64,000 bases of DNA from Minutocellus sp. GHC0000111. Its lineage: Eukaryota. Shown piece by piece: positions 22,613 to 34,366 of this stretch. Position numbers and translations under genes: made by a program. The notes below the pieces were generated by a model. It did not search any database and had not been told where the DNA came from. It saw nothing but the letters and a program-made list of their open reading frames with translations. Where the stretch lies: assembly GCA_977018835.1 (NCBI GenBank), contig OZ361258.1:682001-746000 (forward strand), given 5' to 3'. Position 1 is the first letter of the stretch. The number at the start of each line of letters is the position of its first letter.

Positions 22613-25600
22613 CATGCACATCTTGTACCCATTCTGTTTTTGCTCGTCTCCTTCACAATATAGGTGCTCTATGTGCTCCTCAAGTCCATCGCTACTGCGA
22701 CAAATCCCCACAAAAAGGCATCAGCAGGTCCAGCGCTACTTGCATTAGTGGGCCACGCCGCCTCAGTTATCAACAAGACCCCCCACGCTGCTTCCAAAAG
22801 ACATTTCGTCGTTGAAGTTAGCAACCAGCTGCCAGACCTTCAAGCTGCCTTCATCCAACTTTTGGCATACCCAAAAAACAAACAACTCGGACGCGAGAGT
22901 TGCGTCCTTGGACTTGCAGCGTGTCATGGTCTCGCCACAGGAATGAATTCTGTCGGTGACAGTGCCTCCAATGACCACAGCGGTAATCAGGCTTCTGCCT
23001 TGAACGAGAGACTGCTCAATGCGTTTGGCACCACAACGAACTACGGCGGCTCTGCTTATCAAGAGTCCGCCGCTGAGAATCAAGAGCGATTAAGACGCGA
23101 AAACCGAGATGGTGATGCCGGTGGTGCTGGATCTGCCGCAGCGTCTCTAATGGAAGAATTTGGGATGGAACCCGTGGCCGATGTGGGCGGTGCAGCCGGT
23201 ATGAGCGAGGCGGCGTTGGGCAGCTATCGTGAGATGGCATCTGCGGCCATTGCGATTGGTCGCCCGGATGTGCTCTATTCCCTCATGCTTTTATCAACCA
23301 ATCTGCCTATCTGGACATCGCCGGAGTATCGTCACAAATACAACGCGAATACTCTTTTAGGGGAAGCAGCAAATATTGGCGGAAGGAACATCAAAGAGAT
23401 TCAGACTGCGTTGCGTCCTCACCTTGGCAAGCTTATCCCCCGTCTTCTCCGTGCATGTAACGATCCCCGAAGGGACACGCGTGAACAGATGACAGCACTA
23501 TGGGTTGGCCTTACGGGCGGAGGCGCCGAATCTCGTGCAGCCATCACCGAACATCTACTAACTACGATAGATGCACTGATTGACGATGCAACAAATAAAT
23601 TGTGGAAGGCAAGAGTCGGTGCCGTTGGTGCGCTTGCCGAGGTAATCGTTGGACGATCCTGGTCAGACCTTGGAGGAGGCGGGGCCGTAATGGACGACGA
23701 GGATGCAGCTGCTCGCGATACTGATGCGTCTACCAGCACCGCAGCTCATCGGCTCCTCCGCCTCTTGCGAGTTACGACCAGATCCCTGGATGATGTCCAG
23801 GGAATTGTCCGCGAGAGCGGCGAGATATTGGGCGGAAGCGTCAGGGCACTCATCGTTCGGCTCTGTGACCCGTCTGGAGATGCTTCGAAGTCAAGCGAAG
23901 ACATCTTTCAAGGCAAAGTATCAGTTGCGGCCGCAGTACAGCTTGAGGCTGATGCCAAGGCGGCTGCTTCGACAGTGCTCCGATGGCTCGTCAAATATGG
24001 ATTGAATCAACCGTCTCCCGAGGGTACTGGTTTTTGCATCTCCACCCTACTGGGAGTCATCGACGTCGCCGAACACAACACTTTACAACCAGTATTGCCG
24101 GATCTCATCTACCATTTACTCATGGCCATGAGCGGCCTCGAGCCTGCAGCGCTTAACTACCTTCAGACAAGGGCGGCAGGGAGTGACGCATCGGATGGAT
24201 ATGATCGCCTTGAGAGGTTACGGCTTCAAATGGCAAGCACCGGCCCAATCGCCGGAGCGCTCCACAAGTGCCTTTCAATGATTCGCTTCCTCGATGTAGG
24301 GGACCAGAAGAAGCTTATCCCTTTTTTCGACGCTGCACTGAGGGCCGGCGCCGGATTCGCTACCAGAGCCGCAGTCGCCGATGCCGTTGGGAGTCTCTGC
24401 AGTACAAGTCCTTCTGCATTCAAAATCACTGGTCATTCGAGTACAAACCCTACAGTCAGGCTCTTACGGGCCTTGTACTTTGCATCCGAGAGGGAGCGAG
24501 GCGCGGGTGCAAGGTAGGTTAGAGCCGTTCACGTCTGCCTTGCCCGAATTCCTTGCTTCACAATGCTAGCTATTCCGCTCACTTCATTGCTTCTTCTGGC
24601 CCCTTTTGTACTTTCCACTTGCAGGGACAAAATGGCCCACGCCCTTGGTTCTCTGGCAGAACTGGCGCCTGGCCATAGCGTTCGAATTCTGGCTGTGCGC
24701 GCTTGTGAGCGATACAGCGCATCGGTCGGTGGAACCAACGACGATCCTGCCGCGCGACGCGCAGCCGCAGCTGCTCTCCGATCAATTGCTGTGAGAGCTT
24801 CCAATCAATTCAGCGACGGCGGATCGGGCGATATTTGGTGCAAGAAGGTTCTACCTATGGCTTACTTGGGCCGTAAAGACGACGACAAGAAGGTTGCTTC
24901 TCTATGGGAGGAAGTATGGGATGAGGGAGGCGCCGTTGCAAACGCTGGCGACAGCGATGGAAGCGATTTTGGTGTTACATTGGAGGAAAAACTCTTGCCT
25001 TATCTTGTAAAGGCATGCCTTGTCGCCCTTGACGATGTATCTTGGTCCCGACGTGTGACTGCATGTCAATCTCTCATGGACTTGACGGACATGGAGATCC
25101 TTGCCCCGGCTCCCCGAAAGCTAGATGCTCAGAAATATAATTCCTCTCCAGCGCCCGACTGCCTGAGAGCACGCCGGAGAGCGCAGGCAAGTGCTGAGAT
25201 ATTGGCAACTTGCACCAGGATGATTGGGAAAAGCCGTCTTTGGACCGGGAAGGCAGAAGTCGTCAGAACTGTCGCAAAGATCGCTTCCAAGTGGTCGATT
25301 GTTGGTGATACCAGCACAAATGGTGCGTCTGATTGGTCAATCTTTGGCGCGGAAAGTACCAACACCGAAGCGTGTAAATGGATTCCCATTCAGCAGGACG
25401 ACTTAGATTGGGACAACCTCTTTATCGGAGATGATTGGTTCAAAAGCAACGATGTGTCATCGATTTCTTCACAGCTAGAAGAGGATAAAACAAATGCCTC
25501 ATCACTGGCTACTGGAAGAGGTGATGACAAAATGGAAGATGATAACGAGAAGGAGGCGGAAGAAGGAGACTCGGGTGGCCTGGATTTTGATGACGAAGAG

Positions 25601-26485
25601 AAGATTGTCGGGTCTGAACAACTCTTGGCGAGAACAAGCGATGTTTCAGAAGACGAGGACGACGTCCGACGTACTACCACGATCACCCTGACGGTGTCAG
25701 GACTTTGCCGCCTACTCCTTGAGCAGGGGCTTTCATCACCAAGTGGATCTGCAAGGGATAATGACATTCTCCTTCCCTACAGAGCTGCGTCGCTCCAAGC
25801 ACTAGCTGACATCATCAATAGCTTGAAACCGACAAGTGGCCGAACAAAGCCTACAAGCAAGGCCTCCGCTCATGATCGCTACCTCTACAAGCACATTGCT
25901 CCAGTTCTTCTCTCAAATATTCGAATGGTGGATGCTTCCGATCAGAGCAGCAAGCCACAGCCACCTCTCATAACAGCTCGCTGCCTTGGGTGCTTGTCTG
26001 CTTCGCTATATCATGGAATCGGTGTTGCCAAGGCCGATACAAATGGGGAGGACAACGAGGAAGACGTTGTCGGTTTATCAAGAATACTTGTCGATTTGAG
26101 CGGTGGGAAGCAACCTGCGTGGACGGTACGAGAAGCTGCTGCACTAGCGGCGGCATCTCTTGCCGCTCGCGCCTCATCTGATAAGCTTCGCAAGCACGCT
26201 GCCATCACGGCATTATTGGACTGTGCCAAAAATACTCAGAAGGATCGAAAGTTCTGGAGAGTCCGTCTAGCAGGTCTACAAGTATTGCTCGCCCTCGTCG
26301 AACGAGCAGGCTCGGCACCAGGCGACACGGCCAACGCCGACGACGAGCTGCAACTAATACTTGAAGCATTATTGCCCGAAAAGGAATCCATCGCCAAGAT
26401 TGCCAGAACGTGCCTCAGCGACAATGAAGCCAAGGTAACGGCAGTTGCGACCAAGATATGTGGTGCCATCAGTTGGTGGCCGTGA
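18590..26485 (+). CDS. ECM29: Proteasome adaptor ECM29 (HEAT repeats); introns 22529-22663 and 24514-24624
   Basis: N-terminal RLAMTDD..LEKVL..LLPRLL, PPGLS, SYREMAS.A...GRPDVLY.LM, LRPHLGKLIPRLLR...DP, MSGLEPAALNYL; three ORFs join in frame by GT-AG splicing. Confidence 0.88.
22579..22608. repeat. (TC)15 microsatellite in ECM29 intron 1
   Basis: Read directly from the sequence. Confidence 0.95.
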
Positions 26486-27057
26486 GGAGATCTTACTATG
26501 TAGTAATAGAGTACCTAGCTAGGTACGTAGAAGGCAGACTAGCTAGAGCTACAATTGGCTAAAAAGTTATTCCTAGCTAGCTAGTTAGTTTACACCCTCT
26601 AGCGAGCTACGTAGTAGTAGGTGCAATCATTTGAGAGTAGCACCGGCGGCGCTGTGCTTTTGACCGATATCTGCAGGGTCGTACCACATGCGCCTTGGAG
26701 CGGAGCCACTGTGCCTCGCCATGTCTCGACTTTTCCTTGACGTTGGCGGCCCCGTTCGGAAGCGATGTATCATTTCTTTCACCGTAACGCCTTGTTTTTG
26801 CTCCATGTCGCGGAAATGGTAGTCTCAAATAGAGTGCAACAGTAGCTATTTTTCAGCAGCTTCAAAATGCCTACTGTGGCACGGTGCACAGCTACAGGTA
26901 TGGACCTACCTCGGATGCGCTCCAGAGCGAGGATTTGATTTCATTTTTGGTCCGATCGCGGAGACGAAAGCTGTCAAAAATGAAGGTCCATGTCCACTCA
27001 TTCATTTCAGCGTTTGCTTGGCGGTGAGTCCAATAGCAATCTCCAATTCCACCTTCA

Positions 27058-28096
27058 TCAATCATCTCGCATGTCCTCATACGACGGCAGGCCCACCAGC
27101 GCACGTGCTTTTGCCCATTTGCCCAAGCACTTCGTCCCCCAAAGTAGGATTCCCAACGGTATTTGAACTAAAAGCGATATCGCATATCCGCATATAATTT
27201 CGGTTGACGTGTGAAAATATGCCGCGGTTCGATGCACCGCCATGAATACCAAAATGTTGAGATAGACAAACGACACCAGAAGAAAGATCGGCACGACCCC
27301 CGTCGGTAAATGCAACTTGTGTTCTCTCGATTCTCTCACCGACGACGATGCTGTGCTAATCTGTCCATCCCTCTTATCAACCTTTGTCGAAGACGAAGGC
27401 CAAAACGGCAACAGAAAGCAAAATAAAACCTCAAACAATACCACTGGCAACACGTGTCCAAAGAACAAGACGACATGATCCGAAAAGTCGAATCGTCGTC
27501 CATAGCAGGTAGGATCGCCCTGTTTGCTGGAATGCAGCAACTCACGATACCAGCAATGTTCCATATTGTCCATCGTCGTGCCTCCATCATGTGCTCCCAC
27601 TTCCCCGGCTGTCGATGACGAAGAGAACCTCGACGCGATGGAATCTTGTATCATATTGAACAGGATGTACAATGCCCACCCACGAAAGTTCATAATAACA
27701 ACATAGCTCAGTAACCGCCGAAGAGTCACCCAATGGCTGTGATGATGAGCTTCATGCGCATCCTTTGCTCCTGCAATTCCTGCATTTCGATGTATATTAT
27801 TGTTATTGCTGGCAAACAACCTCCGGAATTGTACCGTCACAAACCGCATCAGGATGGGGATCAGCGGCAGTAGCCACGAATCTGGAAATTTGGTCAACCG
27901 CCGCGCAAAGGGAAGAAACTTGGGGGGAGGGACGCACAGAGCACCGGCACACGTTCCCGTTAGCCATGACGTGGATGGGTGCGAGCCATCGCAACAAACG
28001 ATGGCATCGGGCTCATCCTGCGACGAGGCATAAACATTGACGTAGGCCTTGGAACATTTGGACGATACCGCCTTGGGATTCACTGGGATGTATTTT
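27058..28096 (-). CDS. FIT/Scs3-family ER membrane protein (acyl-CoA diphosphatase-like), exon 2
   Basis: FDFSDHVVLF (compare FDISGH) and TAAYFHTSTEIICG (compare T..YFHT..EK..G); several TM helices; acceptor AG at 28098-28097. Confidence 0.7.
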
Positions 28097-28239
28097 CTTT
28101 GTAGTTCAAAAAAAACAATGCATGGCATTGGGAGTGCAGCGCGAAAGGGGATGGGGGAGTGGAGTGGAGTCAGCACAGTCATTTCATGCATGGTAAAACG
28201 GGTGTGGATGTGATCGAGAAGGAAGTGCTGCCACCGTTA

Positions 28240-28271
28240 CCAAGTGCGTGTCGATCTGGCGACGCCAGCGA
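28240..28271 (+). repeat. Left terminal inverted repeat (32 bp)
   Basis: Exact reverse complement of 32090-32121. Confidence 0.95.
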
Positions 28272-28724
28272 GAAATTTTCGCAGGAGTGACAAGAGAGAG
28301 CGGAAAAATGTCTTTTACTGGCATGGCCGGCTCTCCACTACTTAATTTAGCACATTTTGGGCGTCTTTGACCGTTTTTTTGCTTGCCCGTCTCGTTTGCC
28401 TCTCTCTTCATGGCAAAAGGTCGTTGCTTTGCATGGTCGTTTATCACGAAATGTTGTCCAACCGATCGGACTTTCCCTCATCGATTAGTTCAAGATATGT
28501 TGAGCAACGTGTGATGTTCGCCGCCTTCATCGATCGCGCTCCTTGCGAATCCTGCGGCGTCGGGATCGCCCTCCAAATCGACACATTCCCGCCCAAATCT
28601 CTCTGACACAGTAAAACTTTTATACGGCTCTGAAGATTTTCAATGTTCATCAGCCAATCATCGTCCGACCATCCAAGCATAAAGAACGAGAACGACACGA
28701 TACCGCTTGCCCCTCCTCCCATTT

Positions 28725-31663
28725 ATGCCAAACTCCTGCAGTTATTCTCAAATTGGCGCTTGCGCGTTGGCTATCCCTGGCTCGGCCGGCCCTCCCGCCA
28801 ATGATCGGTGCACAAAATGTGGCGCATCGTTCCACCACTGCTGTCAAGTGCAGCACTTCCAAAGATACGGCAAAGAGAACGCAAACTTGCGCTGCCACAA
28901 ATGCTTCGTGGCCGATATATAAACAACACGACCAATCTCAGCGGCAAAAAACCTTGCAGACATGCATTTATCCAGGGGTGATCTCCTCCCATGGCCTCCT
29001 ACGTATTTTCGGTCGCCAGCAGCCTCCAACAACGCTCGTTCATCCCGCCGTCCAACAACGTCTGCACGGGCCGCATCGCAATCAAATAATGCCAATACCT
29101 CACCCTCGTCGAACGTGACTCGAACGCCATCGACTCGCCCGGCCATTGTGTCTCCTGCTCGTTCTCCGCCTTCTCCGCCTTCTCTGCCGACTGGTACATC
29201 GACTGATACGTCCTCTCATCCATCGTCGTCGCCAGCACCGGCGCAAGTGCAGCGATCCCAACAATTGGATGCCGAGAAAGCGAAGGCAGCCGAAGACATT
29301 GCGAAGAAGGCGGCCAAGAAGGCGCAGGTCGCGGCGGAGAAAGAGCGCGAGAATAAGCGCATATGCCTTGAATATGAAAGGAAGGAGCATGCAAAACAAA
29401 GAGGTGCCGTCACTTCCATCACTACGCCGCCGAAGGGGAAGAAGTCGAGCAACTATGTGTCGGGCAAACCCCTCCTCCAAAAAGGCGATACCGTGAGGGT
29501 TTCATCAGACTACAGCCCATACAAGAATTCTCCCGGCGGTGATGGAATCGTTACCGATGTGAAAGGCTCCGGTGGGAAGCTGACGGTGGATGTGCAGTAT
29601 GACGCCATCGCAGCCCAGAAATTTGAGCATGATGTTCCCCTTTTCCGCCTCACTCGAATTCGATCAGCCACATCTTCTGCTCCAATCATCCACAACCCCC
29701 CAGCTCGTGCAGCTATCAAAAGGACTCGCCAAGATGCATTAGGAGATGACAAAGACGATGGGGGAACGGCCTCTAGTCCGCCGGCGAAACGGCAGTGCCG
29801 GAAAGACGGAGGTCAGATTGTAACTGAGCTCATGAAAAAGAATGGTGGAATGAATCTTTGCAGAGGATGGAGAGCTGATAGCATGGGCCTATCAAGGGAC
29901 GACCCTGATTTTGACACTGCAATTGCTGTGGACTATGGTGCTGTGGCATCTGCTGCTGCCATGCGCAAGACCCTTGGAATGGCAACCCTTCCAGCGACGA
30001 AAGATCCCCTCGCAATAGTGAATCTCGCCCACGCATATGGAGTTGAGCGGCACCACCCCAAAGATGCGTACGATCGCCTCATGATGCCACAGAAGGCCGA
30101 GCGAAGAGCAGAGGCGAAGAAGGAAAGCAAGAAGCGAAAGAGAAAGGAAAGAGGGGAGGAGCCCGGAGCGAAGAGGGTCAAATTTCTTTCTGTGATCGAA
30201 GACTATGATCATGCGCGCTCGATGCACACTCCAGTATATTTTTATGGAGAGCATTTGCTACAGAAGGCATCGGCGGAGGCCGCTGAGAATTGCTACCTCT
30301 TGGATTCATCTGCGCAGGGAGACATAAGGAAGATGGCGCGCGAAAAGTTCCAATACCTTACCGCCGACAACAAAGAGCCATTCAACTTTCTTTCTCGGTC
30401 GGCCATCGCTAGACAGCCTGGAATTCGAGATGAGATTATTGCAATACTTCTCAAGGATCAGTCCAAAAGTTGGCAGGATGTTGCAGATGACATTGACGGT
30501 TGGTGCAGTGCAAGGACGATTGATCGGTGGTTTACTTCGCATTGTGGAGCTACATACGGTGCAGAAGCAATATTGCCTTTGCTTACAACAGCTCAGATGG
30601 CCGAGCATGTCCGATTTGCGAAGCATTTCCTCAATGGCTGGGGGAGAGAAGCCGAGCCTACTATTCTTGTGCATTACGATGAAAAGTGGTTCCATGGGTA
30701 TGTCGGAAGGCGCAACAACAAAATCTGCGAGGCTCTGGGCCTTCATCACCCAATGAATTTTTGTCAGCATAAGTGCCACATTCCGAAGATTATGGTGGTT
30801 TTGCGTTCACTGGGTATGCTTATGGCGGTAACATCGAGGATGGCGGCGACGGCTTGATGCTTGGTCTGTATCGATGCATGGCAGGCGGAATGGCGCAGAA
30901 GAATCAGCGTGCTGGTCGGAAGGACGATGAGGGTCGGCAGCGCTACGATGGAGAGCTGATTCGTGAGAAGGGTAGGCCCTACATGGTTGATGCTACGGTG
31001 AAGGGTGTAAGTAGCGGGACTTCGACTAATCCTAGCTTTTCTCTTCGAGAGATATTTGAACATCAAATTATCCCTCTTTTAGAGAAGTTAGTTGGTCCTC
31101 CCGCTACTTGTGGTGACAAAGAAAAGTATCAGGAGGAGAAGCAACGACACGAGGCTGATCCTGAAAACAATTCCCCGCCCATCGCTGATCCAAGTCTCTA
31201 TGGAAAGTACCAGAACTATGGCGTAGTTGTTCAAGGCGACAATGCCGGTCCTCACCGCGAGGGCAATTTCCAAGCATGGTGCAAGGAGCAATGCCAGATA
31301 AGGAGCCATTGGTATTGGGAGCCCCAGGCTGCTCAGATGCCCTACTCGAACAATCTTGACTTGGCCGTCTTCCCCTGCATGTCTAAAATCCACTCTCATT
31401 TGCTCAAGGAGGGCGGGGAGAAGGCCATCGGAAACAACGATGCAATATGGAAGCGATGCCAAGATACATGGAGCGATTTGACATCGGAAAAAGTCGCTCA
31501 TGGATACGTGTTGGCGAAACGAATTCTAGAAAGAGTGGAAGAAAATGGCGGCGGCAACGAGTTCTTGCGAAGTTGTAAGCCAACGGCCCAACAAGGACAA
31601 AACGTCCGAGGCGACTTCATCGCAACCAAGGACGGTATCGCCCCTCGCTCCAAGAAAGCTTAG
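28725..31663 (+). pseudogene. DD39D mariner-like transposase with an N-terminal PHD-like finger and Tudor-like barrel; in-frame TAA at 28920-28922 and a frameshift at about 30798-30802
   Basis: HTH-like SWQDVADDI..CSARTIDRW; VHYDEKWF (D at 30678), VQGDNAGPH (D at 31238), QAAQMPYSNNLDLAVF (D at 31358); 39 residues lie between the second and third Asp. Confidence 0.88.
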
Positions 31664-32089
31664 ATTGACATTTTTACTTAGATTTATTATGTTACTAGCT
31701 TGCTTTGATGCATTTGGTACGTGTAAAAACTCAAACCTCGTCGTTCGTGTGTTTGCTGGTAAAAATGGCTGATGCTGAAGCTGTGCTGTGTCATCCTACA
31801 CGAGTGACTCGAACACGGCGAACATGTCAAAAAGTACATAAAGGTTGATAGTTTTAACGGTGATAGTTACATGTAGTGCGACACCTCGGTAACATTCATA
31901 ACTTTGCATCAAACTTGCCTTATTGACTCGAATTCTCAAATAAATTGTTCTCCAGTTCAGGCAAATTTTATTTTTTTGTTTTTTGAGTAGCACAAAACTG
32001 TCGTTCCAAAACAAAAATTATGGAAAACATTCTGAGAAATGAGATTTTGTAGGTATTTCTTCGGACTTTCCGATTTCTGGGCGAAAACG

Positions 32090-32121
32090 TCGCTGGCGTC
32101 GCCAGATCGACACGCACTTGG
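32090..32121 (-). repeat. Right terminal inverted repeat (32 bp)
   Basis: Exact reverse complement of 28240-28271. Confidence 0.95.
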
Positions 32122-32150
32122 TGCTCTGCCGGCGGCACAAAACAACTTAC

Positions 32151-32257
32151 TTACCTACCACCGCCATTGCTCACAGTGTCCCGAGGCAGATGACGGCAAA
32201 TCCAACAAGAAGGTGGACCGTCCACATATGCTTAACCAGGCGTATCCTTGGCTTCAT
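32151..32257 (-). CDS. Probable exon 1 of the FIT/Scs3-like gene (contains an in-frame TGA at 32173-32171)
   Basis: MKPRIRLVKHMWTVHLLVGFAVICLGTL*AMAVVG, then donor AA|GTAAGT at 32150; the phase-2 junction splices in frame to 28096 (K-KYIPVNP). Confidence 0.6.
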
Positions 32258-32625
32258 GGCAGCAATTAGTGGCAGCCAGCATTGCTGTAGCAGCCGTGTG
32301 GATGGAGGATGGAGAGAGTAGTAAACTGGACAACAGGATGGACCCATACAAACACTACTACTCGTATTGTTTTAGTGCTTACTTATTTCTACCTGTTCCC
32401 GCCTCTCATCATATCTGTTCCCGCAAGGCAACAATAGGCTTCAAAAAGTCAAAAGGCGCGGGATGCGGGATGCGGGACAAGGCCAAGTCAAGCAATGGCG
32501 GCCGATGCCCATCACTATGCAATTGCCGCAGGACGCAGGACCCCGACCGCATCGATAAGTAGTAGTAAAGTTGTGTATCCCCAGTAAGGTCAGTTGTCAC
32601 ACCCTGAATCGCCCGAGAAGAAATT

Positions 32626-34366
32626 ATGACCGCACTTCACGTGAGCGGTGCAACCACCGGCGGATCTGCTGGCGGAAAAAGATCGCCCGCATCATCTGCA
32701 TCCAAAAGTAGGCCATTGGATGCCTCAACTCTGGCCACCCTCCATGCCATCCCGGGGAACGACGCCTGCGCCGACTGCTTCGTGTCGCATCCGCAGTGGG
32801 CGTCCGTGTCGCACGGGACTCTGATATGCCTCAAATGCAGCGGCGCCCACCGCGGGTTGGGCACACACATTTCGTTTGTGCGGTCCCTCACCCTGGACGA
32901 CTGGACCGACAGCCAGATCGCCCTCATGCTGGCCGGCGGGAACGACAAGTGCAACGAATTCCTCGAAGATGAGGGCATTATCATCGACTGCATGACGGGC
33001 GAGAGAGAAGAAATCCGTCCCAAGTACGGTGGCGAGGAGGGTGCTGCCTGGCGGGAGGAGCTCCGCCATCGAGCCTTTGGTGGGTCTTCCGCAGGAAATG
33101 CAAATAGGCCGAGTTCTTCTTCGCCCGCACAGGCAGTGAGGGTTCAAGGCCAAGGAGCAGCCGCCGCTGCCCCCATGCCCCCACAGCCAATCACTCTTGG
33201 CGATCCCGTGAATCCGCCCAAACCGTCCGATTATCATGAGATCGTCTATCATATGCTGTTGGGACGGAAGGGATGGGGCAAGACAAAAATCGGCCTAATT
33301 CTGATGGGCAGTGGTGCCCTTGCCTTCAAGTACCTTCCCAGGATGCTGACACAGTACCAGCCCAACATGGTCCGTCTGGCATGCGCGGCCATCCTTACCA
33401 TCCCGGTCGTGGCGGTCAACGTCCTCGTTCGCAAGGTCAGCGGTGCTCTGGTTGCGAATCGATTGCCGGCCTTCAAATCGGCTGGCAACACCCTGCTGGA
33501 CCGGATGAGAAGCGGCCGAGCCCTCCGCAAAAAGGGCTACGATGTGTTCCTTCCCGATTTCTCCCTGAATGGCGGGAAGAGAGAGGTGGAAATTGGTTTC
33601 GTTCTGATCCCCGGTGCTCTGGTGGATCCGTTGGCGTATGCAACCATCGCAGCGAAGCTTTCCGACGAGGGCATTCTCGTCGCTGTGATGAACACGGAAC
33701 CTCAAAGGCTCCCAACGGAAAAGACGGGAGCCGGCAAAGTCAAGGTTCTGACCATCATGTATGATATCATTGCCGGAATGTCCGATGGAACAAACTTTGG
33801 ACTGGCCACAGTGAAGCAGTGGGCTGTAGGAGGCCACTCAATGGGAGCATTCCGTGAGTTCTTTTTTTGACAGTATTGTTGCTCAATTCGTTTGTCCTTT
33901 TCGTCTCGCTCGCCGTGCAGCGTCACTTCTCTCTAACTCTTGGTCCAACATCAAATCACATCTATATCCACATACAGAGGCTTTTGAGGTCATCGGCGAC
34001 TTAAAGCCTGACATTTCCAAATTGGTCATGTGGGGCATTGGCAAACCTGATGAGCTTGCGACTGAGGTGAATTTGCACGACGCAACCGTCGATGCCCTAG
34101 TCATCGTTGGCCCCGAAGACGTATTCTATCAGCAGCTTTCGGAAGAAGACCGAAATGCCTTCTTCAGCAAGCTCCCCAAGACCCGCACGACCTTCTTGGA
34201 AATTGAGGGCGGCAATCATTCCGGGTTCGCCCACTACGGCCCTCAGACGTTTCCACTCAAAGATGGAGAGAGGAGCATCACTTTGGACGAACAGCAAGAT
34301 GACGTAGTCGCAGCTACGATCACCTTCCTCGTCGGGGAGGATGGTTCCAAGCTCAAAAAGCAGTAA
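32626..34366 (+). CDS. ArfGAP domain + two TM helices + alpha/beta hydrolase fusion protein; intron 33854-33977
   Basis: PGNDACADC...PQWASVSHGTLICLKCSGAHRGLGTHISFVRSLTLD; PGALVDP.AY, VGGHSMG, GPED, IEGGNHSGFAHYGPQ. Confidence 0.88.

Larger units (their letters stand above)
28240..32121 (+). mobile_element. Tc1/mariner DNA transposon, DD39D clade, 3882 bp
   Basis: Perfect 32-bp TIRs CCAAGTGCGTGTCGATCTGGCGACGCCAGCGA at 28240-28271 and 32090-32121; TA on the left flank and TG on the right; internal transposase. Confidence 0.92.

Noticed and set aside
26620..27057. Short ORFs between ECM29 and the FIT-like gene
   Set aside because: No recognisable motifs, sensible start context or splice structure
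28097..28191. N-terminus MHEMTVL... of the 377-aa ORF as the real start of the FIT-like gene
   Set aside because: The stretch looks intronic (CTGAC branch-like site, pyrimidine tract, AG), and a better first exon lies beyond the transposon
28466..28476. 11-bp direct repeat TCGGACTTTCC, also at 32061-32071 inside the element
   Set aside because: Short, asymmetric in position and in direct orientation; cannot be distinguished from chance without other copies
31664..32089. Possible Fanzor/TnpB cargo or guide RNA at the transposon 3' end
   Set aside because: Only about 430 nt, AT-rich, with no RuvC-like ORF anywhere in the element
32171..32173. In-frame TGA read as selenocysteine
   Set aside because: It lies in a TM helix where Trp fits, with no redox motif and no SECIS recognised
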